Under the pieces are notes generated by a model. The model was not told where the DNA came from. It saw only the letters and a list, made by a program, of their open reading frames with translations, and did no database searches. A stretch of DNA of 64,000 nucleotides from a virus (Duplodnaviria > Caudoviricetes), in IMG/VR virus record IMGVR_UViG_3300025150_000002, positions 96,001 to 160,000 of that record; one strand, written 5' to 3'. The stretch's first letter is position 1; the number at the start of each line of letters is the position of its first letter. A program made the position numbers and the translations under genes. Positions 56,982 through 64,000 of the stretch are shown piece after piece.

Positions 56982-57170
56982 ATGTCTTCTACCCTAGATC
57001 AGCGTATCCGAAGCGTCGAAGCTATCCTGGGCTTCGAACTTCGCAGCTACCAAGACCAGGCCCTTCGGGCTTTAGGTGCCGGGAAGAACGTCATCCTTCA
57101 CGTTCCAACTGGTGGCGGGAAGGAAGGCTACTTTGTGCTAGACTCTCTTTCAGAGGAGGTCGGTGTATGA
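56982..57170 (+). pseudogene. relic intein-free 5' end of recQ-like helicase
   Basis: MSSTLDQRIRSVEAILGFELRSYQDQALRALGAGKNVILHVPTGGGK then unrelated tail and stop overlapping the ATG of the full gene. Confidence 0.9.
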
Positions 57171-60100
57171 GCCCGATAGAGGGTCGCATTGAGTCGGTGG
57201 AAAGGCTTCTGGGATTCCAGGTCAGGTCATACCAAAGGCAAGCCCTCACAGCCCTGGGTCAGGGCAAGAGTGTGATTCTTCACGCTCCTACAGGCTGCCA
57301 CGCGCCTGGTCAGCTGATTCTGATGCACGATGGCTCGACCAAGAAGGTCGAGGACATCAAGAAGGGCGACCTTCTTATGGGGCCCGATAGCAAGCCCCGT
57401 CGCGTTACTAGGCTGATTCGCGGTCGCGGTCGAATGGTCAAGGTCCACCCGAAGAAGGGCGAGCCGTTTGTGGTCAACGAGGATCACATCTTGACGCTCG
57501 TCCGGACCGGCGTGGTCAGGACTCCGTCTGATGGTTCCAGGAAGCGTCGAGACTTGGGAGGTGAGCTCATCGACGTCAAGGTCAAGGACTGGGAGACCTG
57601 GTCATTGACCCAAAAGCACATCCACAAGCTCAAGCGTACAGGCGTCACTTTCCGTAGTCGAGCGCCACTCCCATTGGACCCATATACGCTCGGCATCATC
57701 ATCGGAGATGGGTCTATCAAGGACGGTACTCCTGGGGTCACCACCGCTGATTCTGAGATCGAAGAGGTTCTTGTGGCCTGCGCTGAGCGTCGGGGCCTTT
57801 ACATCAGAGAGGAGGTTAAAGCGGGAAATGCGGCTACGACCTATCGCTTGTCTTCTGGGCACCGGAAGCAAAGGGGCCGTGCCGGCGGAACGAACTCACT
57901 GACTAACGATCTTCGCCAACTCGGTCTCTGGGGCAAGGGTAGTTCGGACAAGTTCATTCCGGGGACCTACAAGGTTGCTTCCAGAAAGAGCAGACTCGAT
58001 CTCCTCGCAGGGCTCATCGACGCGGATGGCTATCTACATCACAACAACCACGTCCTAACTACTGCTAGCGAACAACTCGCAGCAGACGTTGCTTTTGTCG
58101 CCCGGAGTCTTGGGTTCGCAGCCTATATCTACACCACCTCGAAGAGGTGCCAGACTGGCTACGAGGGCGACTACTTCAGGGTCTCTATTACTGGCGACAA
58201 CTCCATCATCCCTTGCAGGCTTGAGAGGAAGACAGCCTCTCCGAGAGGCCAGGAGAAAGACCCTACGAGGACGGGCTTCACGCTTGAGGATGTTGGAGAG
58301 GGAGAGTTCTACGGGTTCTCCCTTACCGGTGATGGTCGATTCCTGCTCGGTGATTTCACCATCACCCACAACAGTGGTAAAACCGTGGCCTTCCAAGGTG
58401 CGCCATACGTGTCTCCGCACCCGGGGATAACGGTAATCCTCTACCCTCTTCGCGCCCTGGTGAAAGACCAGTCGCGACGGTTCAGCGAGCTTGGGCTCCC
58501 CAGCGTGACGCTCTACGGTGAGACTCCGACCACCGAGCGGGCCGCAATCTACGACAAGATCCTCTCAGGCTCTACCAAGATTCTGCTCACGACGCCTGAG
58601 TCCTTCGACATGAACAGGAAGTTGCAGGACGTCCTCAGGCAGCGCGGCGTGTCTGTTTTGACCGTCGATGAGGCTCATGCCTATGAGGAGTGGGCTGATG
58701 GATTTCGGCCCACCTACCGTCGGGCCGGAGCCGTCGCGAGGAGTGTCGGCGTCAAGCAGTTCCTGCTGTGCTCCGCCACTCTTACCGGTAAGGGCTTCCG
58801 AACCGCCTGCGACACCATCGGAGTGTCCAACTGGACCATCGTTCAGATCCCTCCACTGCGCTCGAACTTGATCTACAGGGACCTGAGCCAGCCTGAGAGC
58901 GAGATCCTCTGTCGGGCCGTAAGGGGCGATGGGCTGGAGGCCCCCGGGATCGTATTCTTCACGACCGTCAAGCGTCTGGAGGAGACGGCGTCCTTCGTTG
59001 AGACAAAGACTCGCCGGAAGGTGCTTCGTTATCACGGCGGCATGGCCGGCAAGGCGCGTCGAGAGGCACAAGAAGAGTTCATGACCACCGATACCTGGAT
59101 CTTTGCGACCAAGGCATTCGGTATGGGAATCGACAAGGACAACATCCGGAACATCATCCACTGTCAGTTGCCGAGCTCGGTTCTGAGCTACGCGCAGGAG
59201 TGCGTTCACGGCGACACGCCGGTGATGACGTTGAACGGAAACCGCCCAGCGCGAGACATCAAGGCGGGCGACCAACTGGCCGGCTACGACCCGGTTACTG
59301 GTGAGGTGGTTCCGGCAGTCGTTAAGGAACTCTACCAGGGCAAGACGGGTGACTGGCTCGCCGTTCGGACCTCGGCTGGTGATGAGATTGTGGTGACGAA
59401 GAATCATCCGTTCATAGTGAACGGTGGTGAGGTCCGTGCGGACCAACTCAAGGTCGGTGAACGCTTGGCGACGCTCAGCAGTTCCGCTCAGGTTGACCGT
59501 CCAATGCTTACGGCCGACTGTCTGATTGCCGATCAGACGTTCGCTCAGGTCGAACCTGGTCTTATCGATGCTCTTCGAGACAAGCTGTCTCCGACCGAGC
59601 TCGGTCAGATGTTCGGACTCTCTCGCCACCACGATTACTCCAGCTATCGTCGTGGTAAGGCGATCAAGCTCTCTGGACTGCAGGCCGCCGGCGACGCTGC
59701 TGGTATGCCTCGGCAGCAGATCTATAGTCGCGTTCTTGCGCTGAAGTCCCGGAGTGGGAAGCCTGTTCGACTGCCTCTCACGCTCGATGACGCCGAACTG
59801 GGGTGGTTCGCCGGTATCGTGGCGACTGACGGCTACATCTACCGGTCGGACAAGTCAGGGTTCGGTAGTTGGAAGATCAAGCTCACGAATACGAATCACG
59901 CGATCGTTGACAAGTTCGCCGGAATCGTGAAGCGGTTTGGACTTCACTGCCACTCTTACATCAGGACTCATCGATCTGACGCGTTGTCGAAGCGCCCGGC
60001 TCACTGCGCCGAAGTTTCGAGCCCTGTGCTCTGCGACCTACTCAACCATCTCGGTATCCACGATGGTCGCAAGAGCACGACCGTGTCTTGTTCTGAAACC

Positions 60101-61435
60101 GCGCTGAGTGCTGGAAAGCTGTTCAAGGCCGGCTTTGCGGCGGGTGTCATCGATGGCGACGGGAACCTGAGTCCTCCGAGGAGCAGCAAGCCACAGGGTA
60201 AGGTGCGGTTTCACACCGCGTCCTGGCGCTTTGCATCGTGCTTCGCCAAGCTCCTCCATAGTCTTGGTATCCACGTTCGGTTGTCGACCGAGGACTACTT
60301 AGACAACGCGCACATCATGAAGTGCTCAGTCGATTCCGGCTACAATGGCGAGATCGGGCGTTTTGAGTCGCTGCGGCGGTTCGCGGACTCCGTTGCCCCG
60401 CATCTGGTCAAGCGGATGTTTCCGGTCAAGCTGATGAGCACGGATGCACGCGAGAGCATTGGACCGATCATCGTTTCCAGGGTCATCGAGATCCGCGAGC
60501 TCAGCACGGATCTGCCGGAGTCGACGTTCAACTGGCGTGTGGAGCCGCACCATCTTCTCTGGACCGCGAACACGCTGACTCACAACTGCGGAAGAGCTGG
60601 TCGTGACGGTTACGAGTCCAACTGCTTCTTGACACAGGAGGAGCACGGCCAGTCGGCCCACTTCCTCATTGATATGAGCGTGCCGTCTATCGGGCATGTT
60701 AGGAAGGTGTGGAACGTTCTGCAGGTCATCGCGCTCGACTGGCCCGGTTGGTTCGAGGTTGATTGGCCGGATGTGGCGGCCCGAACCGGTCTGAGCCTTC
60801 CGGCTGTTCAGGCCTGCGTCAGCTGGCTTTTCACCGGGAAAATGATCGAGAAGAAGCAGAAGCGGTTGGCGTGGAAGTTCACCATTCATGACGAGTCCGA
60901 CGCCAAGGCGATCAAGTACAAGCGGAAGACCCCAGAGCTCCTCGATGCGCTTCGTGGAGAGGCGATGGTCGATCAGGGGCCCGCTGTGTTCGAGCTCAAG
61001 CCAGACGTCTTGTCCGAGGTAGTTGGACAGCACTTCTCCAACTGGCAGGCCAAGCTTAGGAAGATGAACGAACTTGACATCATCCGGATCGAGGAGCCCC
61101 CGAAGGGGAGATCCAGTTACCGGTTCCTGCACGGCTCGTTCCACTTCGCCCAGGGGCAGAAGCAGTTGGAGAAGGCCCGGTCCAGTGCCTTCGAGCGGCT
61201 GGCAGCCATGCGAGACCTTCAGTCGTGTGCGGCCCACAAGCGTCGAGACTTGATCGAGGACGCGATCTCTTTGAAGCTCCCTCCCATGGAGGGCCTGGAG
61301 ATCCTAGACACCGATCACACCGAGCCGGACCACACCGCCGAGCAGAAGGTCACCAAGCGACCTGTCATCAAGGCGGCGAAGCTAGCAGATGATGATCCGT
61401 TTGCCGAGGACGACGAGTTCATCGTCCCCTTCTAG
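57167..61435 (+). CDS. recQ: RecQ-like helicase precursor with two inteins
   Basis: HAPTG|SGKT, LYPLRAL, TTPE, VDEAH, SATL, ATKAFGMGIDK, YAQE|CGRAGRDG. Confidence 0.93.
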   Translation: MSPIEGRIESVERLLGFQVRSYQRQALTALGQGKSVILHAPTGCHAPGQLILMHDGSTKKVEDIKKGDLLMGPDSKPRRVTRLIRGRGRMVKVHPKKGEPFVVNEDHILTLVRTGVVRTPSDGSRKRRDLGGELIDVKVKDWETWSLTQKHIHKLKRTGVTFRSRAPLPLDPYTLGIIIGDGSIKDGTPGVTTADSEIEEVLVACAERRGLYIREEVKAGNAATTYRLSSGHRKQRGRAGGTNSLTNDLRQLGLWGKGSSDKFIPGTYKVASRKSRLDLLAGLIDADGYLHHNNHVLTTASEQLAADVAFVARSLGFAAYIYTTSKRCQTGYEGDYFRVSITGDNSIIPCRLERKTASPRGQEKDPTRTGFTLEDVGEGEFYGFSLTGDGRFLLGDFTITHNSGKTVAFQGAPYVSPHPGITVILYPLRALVKDQSRRFSELGLPSVTLYGETPTTERAAIYDKILSGSTKILLTTPESFDMNRKLQDVLRQRGVSVLTVDEAHAYEEWADGFRPTYRRAGAVARSVGVKQFLLCSATLTGKGFRTACDTIGVSNWTIVQIPPLRSNLIYRDLSQPESEILCRAVRGDGLEAPGIVFFTTVKRLEETASFVETKTRRKVLRYHGGMAGKARREAQEEFMTTDTWIFATKAFGMGIDKDNIRNIIHCQLPSSVLSYAQECVHGDTPVMTLNGNRPARDIKAGDQLAGYDPVTGEVVPAVVKELYQGKTGDWLAVRTSAGDEIVVTKNHPFIVNGGEVRADQLKVGERLATLSSSAQVDRPMLTADCLIADQTFAQVEPGLIDALRDKLSPTELGQMFGLSRHHDYSSYRRGKAIKLSGLQAAGDAAGMPRQQIYSRVLALKSRSGKPVRLPLTLDDAELGWFAGIVATDGYIYRSDKSGFGSWKIKLTNTNHAIVDKFAGIVKRFGLHCHSYIRTHRSDALSKRPAHCAEVSSPVLCDLLNHLGIHDGRKSTTVSCSETALSAGKLFKAGFAAGVIDGDGNLSPPRSSKPQGKVRFHTASWRFASCFAKLLHSLGIHVRLSTEDYLDNAHIMKCSVDSGYNGEIGRFESLRRFADSVAPHLVKRMFPVKLMSTDARESIGPIIVSRVIEIRELSTDLPESTFNWRVEPHHLLWTANTLTHNCGRAGRDGYESNCFLTQEEHGQSAHFLIDMSVPSIGHVRKVWNVLQVIALDWPGWFEVDWPDVAARTGLSLPAVQACVSWLFTGKMIEKKQKRLAWKFTIHDESDAKAIKYKRKTPELLDALRGEAMVDQGPAVFELKPDVLSEVVGQHFSNWQAKLRKMNELDIIRIEEPPKGRSSYRFLHGSFHFAQGQKQLEKARSSAFERLAAMRDLQSCAAHKRRDLIEDAISLKLPPMEGLEILDTDHTEPDHTAEQKVTKRPVIKAAKLADDDPFAEDDEFIVPF
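57296..58372 (+). mobile_element. RecQ intein 1 with LAGLIDADG (359 aa)
   Basis: CHAPGQ...NEDHIL...LGIIIGDG / LAGLIDADG...TITHN/S in the P-loop. Confidence 0.94.
59201..60586 (+). mobile_element. RecQ intein 2 with LAGLIDADG (462 aa)
   Basis: CVHGDT...TKNHPF...FAGIVATDG / AAGVIDGDG...TLTHN/C in motif VI. Confidence 0.94.
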
Positions 61436-61440
61436 TACAG

Positions 61441-61475
61441 AGAGACAGCCACGACCTGTGGTCGTGGCTGTCTCT
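61441..61475. terminator. 16-bp hairpin between convergent genes (bidirectional terminator)
   Basis: AGAGACAGCCACGACC-TGT-GGTCGTGGCTGTCTCT. Confidence 0.8.
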
Positions 61476-61494
61476 TCCACGTTAGCGGTGTTGG

Positions 61495-62034
61495 CTAGTT
61501 AGCCGACACGTCGGCCGAGTTGTCGGCCGACACGCTCGACGCGGTAGCCTCGGCGAAGTAGTGCAGGCCACGACGCTTTCCCTCGGTCCGGATCTCACCA
61601 GCCTCGCGGGCCGAGTTGAGGATGCGACGGATCACAGCCTGGGGCAGGCTTACCGCCCCCTCGATGTCCGTCATGTTGCAGCCGGCGTTGCTGCGGACGA
61701 AAGAGAGCACCACGTCCGGCCTGACTGGCTTCCGCTTGGTCTCCTTGACCAAGGCGATCTTGGGGGAGTCCCCCTTCTTGGCCACCTTCTTGGCAACCTT
61801 CTTGGTCACCTTCTTGGCAACCTTCTTGGCCACCTTGGCCTTCTTCTCGACCTTCTTCTTGGTCGACGGCTTGGTGCGAGGCGCGTTCTTGGTGGTAGTA
61901 ACCGACCCGCCGCCTACGGCGATGGCAGTGGCCCGTTGGGCCACGTAGGTTGCACCTGCCTTGAACACCTTGGGCATCTGCTTCGCCATCTCTGGCGTCG
62001 CCGTGAAGACAACGTATCCGTTCGAACTACTCAC
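61495..62034 (-). CDS. histone-H1-like Lys/Ala-rich protein with C-terminal winged helix
   Basis: (KKVA/T) repeats; DVVLSFVRSNAGCNMTDI...GEIRTEGKRRGLHYF; AGGAGG before GTG 62034. Confidence 0.75.
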   Translation of the reverse strand: MSSSNGYVVFTATPEMAKQMPKVFKAGATYVAQRATAIAVGGGSVTTTKNAPRTKPSTKKKVEKKAKVAKKVAKKVTKKVAKKVAKKGDSPKIALVKETKRKPVRPDVVLSFVRSNAGCNMTDIEGAVSLPQAVIRRILNSAREAGEIRTEGKRRGLHYFAEATASSVSADNSADVSAN

Positions 62035-62263
62035 TGAGAATCTCCTCCTTTGAGGGACTTGATTACGGGTGCTGGAAATCAACACCCAAGATCGCCGACC
62101 ATTCGGCGGTTATTGGAGACGGGAGCCCGTAGCCCTCGTCATGCCTGATGGTTTACGCATCCCACTCACTAGGACTCTACATCTACTAATCGATCGTCAC
62201 CAGTAATACCGGGACTTTTTACGACAAATCAGATGCGGTCCATCAGTTAATCTTGCAGAACAC

Positions 62264-62788
62264 CTACCTGGTTGACCTCTTCGAGGTTCTTGAGGGTCGC
62301 GACGACCTCTTGGTTGACCGCTTGGGCCGCACCTGCATCTGCTTCGTGCGGGCGTAGCTGATACGCTTCTTGTCCTCCCGAAGGGATCGAATCTCGTTGA
62401 GTTGACCCTCGATGAAGGTGGCCCACTTGTCACCACGGTCGCCCCGGTCTCTGGCGATCAGGAACTCGGTCCACAGGACGCGGGCCACATCCGAGAGCGG
62501 TTGGCCGCGCTCCACGGCGTAGGCCCTCAACTTATCGGCGATCACCTCGGGCACGGCTGCGCCGAGATGCGCCAGCGGTCTCGGGAAGAGGCGCCCCAAG
62601 GGGGCTGTCGCTATCTGCTTGTCACTGGCCTCGTGGATCTCAAGCCGCACAAGCACCGTTACGGTCCTACCACGGGCCTCCTCAGACCGCCTGGCGCGGT
62701 TAATCGCAGCTCCGTAGTGGTCGAGCTCGGATTGGGTAACCTCGATTGAGGTGGACTCCAGTGAGTAGTTGAGGTGCATCTCGTTCAT
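62264..62788 (-). CDS. hypothetical protein, possible ribbon-helix-helix segment
   Basis: AAGGA RBS, GGTATAAA motif upstream; ADKLRAYAVERGQPLSDVAR. Confidence 0.6.
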   Translation of the reverse strand: MNEMHLNYSLESTSIEVTQSELDHYGAAINRARRSEEARGRTVTVLVRLEIHEASDKQIATAPLGRLFPRPLAHLGAAVPEVIADKLRAYAVERGQPLSDVARVLWTEFLIARDRGDRGDKWATFIEGQLNEIRSLREDKKRISYARTKQMQVRPKRSTKRSSRPSRTSKRSTR

Positions 62789-62969
62789 CGTTCCTTTGTT
62801 GATTTCGGGCTAATCTGACGGTTTTATACCGCCGATGGTGTTGGGATCGCCTAATGACCGGGTGGATTATCTGGTTTTTCGGCTGGACTTTAGGCACCAA
62901 CTCCTTTCAGCACAAGAACTTGAGAAATCTCCGGAAAGGCTTGTTATCCAATCCGAGATCGCTATAACA

Positions 62970-63310
62970 GGGGCACTCAGCAGTTGCTGGGGGTCGTTTC
63001 GCCTCTTACGAGTGGTGTGCGGTCGTGACTGGGACGGACTTCAGCTTCGGCTAAAGTAGACAACGGTTGAGGGTGACGCCCAGGAGTCCGAGGTAATGCT
63101 CACTCCGAGGAAACGAGCTCGCTGAGGGTAAGGCCCTCAGAGGCGACACCAAGGCGGGGATGCGGCGCAGGGACCGGGTAATGCCGACCAGGTGGTAAGC
63201 GACTAGCGCTACGAATTACACTCTCAAAGTGTGGAGCGTAGAGCCGAAGGCAACTGATGGGATACGGAGAGAGGCGGATCAGGGAAACCTGATCCGCCTC
63301 GCTTCATTTT
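62970..63310 (+). ncRNA. candidate large structured non-coding RNA
   Basis: ORF-free; TTGTTA-N16-TATAAC at 62941-62968; several GNRA-capped hairpins; ends in the 13-bp GAAA hairpin GAGGCGGATCAGG/CCTGATCCGCCTC. Confidence 0.45.
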
Positions 63311-63382
63311 GCTCAAACGGTGGGAGTCTGGTAGCATCACTTAGCAGAGCGATGTGGTTGTAAGACCCGTAGGAGCAAAGTG

Positions 63383-63964
63383 ATGTCTGGATTTGCAGTC
63401 AGCGGCGAAGAGTCCGACCAGGTATTGGTTCCGTCCAGCCACTCGACTATCAACCACACAGGAATCCCCGGCGTACCAGCTGCCGAGACCTTCACCAGCG
63501 GTGTTCACGCCTCTACTGACCACACGGGCATAACCGGCGTCAACAACTTCGACTCGACACTACACGCATTGACGGACCATTCTGTTATTCCTGGTGCAAA
63601 CGGTGGCCTGGCCGTGGGTACGTCCACGACGGTGCCCGCCAACACCCTCACCGCCGACGGCCACATGCTGATGATCTCCTTGCGCGGTACGGGCACTTTA
63701 GGGATGTCCAACGTCACGCTCAACGGGCAGGTCATCGCGCAGTCCGTGGCCTCTCTAGGCGGGGACCCTTGGGGTGGCACCCTCCTCGTCACCCGCACCG
63801 GTGGCTCGTCAGGCTCGGCGACAGGCGCAGTAAGCGACGCCAACAACGGGCGAAGCTGCGTGGGCGTTGGCGGCGTGGGGAGCCTGAACTGGGGCGGCGC
63901 GCAAGTCATCGCCGTCAACGGCGGTGCGACCATCAGCGCCGTCGCCCTGGTCGCGTTCCGCTAG
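63383..63964 (+). CDS. Gly/Thr-rich putative virion fibre or decoration protein
   Basis: Three repeats of xxHTGIxGV-like motif; AGGAG RBS. Confidence 0.55.
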   Translation: MSGFAVSGEESDQVLVPSSHSTINHTGIPGVPAAETFTSGVHASTDHTGITGVNNFDSTLHALTDHSVIPGANGGLAVGTSTTVPANTLTADGHMLMISLRGTGTLGMSNVTLNGQVIAQSVASLGGDPWGGTLLVTRTGGSSGSATGAVSDANNGRSCVGVGGVGSLNWGGAQVIAVNGGATISAVALVAFR

Positions 63965-64000
63965 CGTCGTGGCGGATGTGTCTGTAGAAGACCGCCTAGT

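Overview
This window looks like part of a large, GC-rich tailed-phage genome. It encodes a T4-gp20-type portal, family-A DNA polymerase, gp32-like SSB, RecA-like recombinase, UvsW-like and RecQ-like helicases, and primase/DnaB/DnaC plus an iteron-bearing initiator. Accessory genes include CobS/CobT-like proteins, peptide deformylase, RNase H, HU/IHF, two nucleoside kinases and two DNA methyltransferases. No rRNA, CRISPR array or convincing standard tRNA was seen, and the host cannot be determined from sequence alone. The region is saturated with homing elements: 11 inteins in 5 genes, one free-standing splicing-dead intein, and several free-standing HNH/LAGLIDADG genes. Main finding: two unrelated inteins (PolA intein 1 and the UvsW-like helicase intein) have no nuclease in their own frame. 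Each instead carries a complete endonuclease gene (Vsr/DUF559-like and LAGLIDADG) overprinted in a shifted frame on the same strand, while the intein frame stays stop-free. Second finding: four homing elements (at def, dNK, tdk, recQ) sit next to a duplicated, recoded terminus of the gene they invaded. Other highlights: a catalytically dead TnpB (TldR-like), Gln- and Asp-terminated inteins in PolA motifs A and B, a zincin-2H phosphoesterase fusion, a tmRNA-like RNA with a non-canonical tag frame, a second candidate structured RNA, and a recurrent GGTAWAA promoter-like motif. All assignments come from motif reading by eye; no database searches were run.
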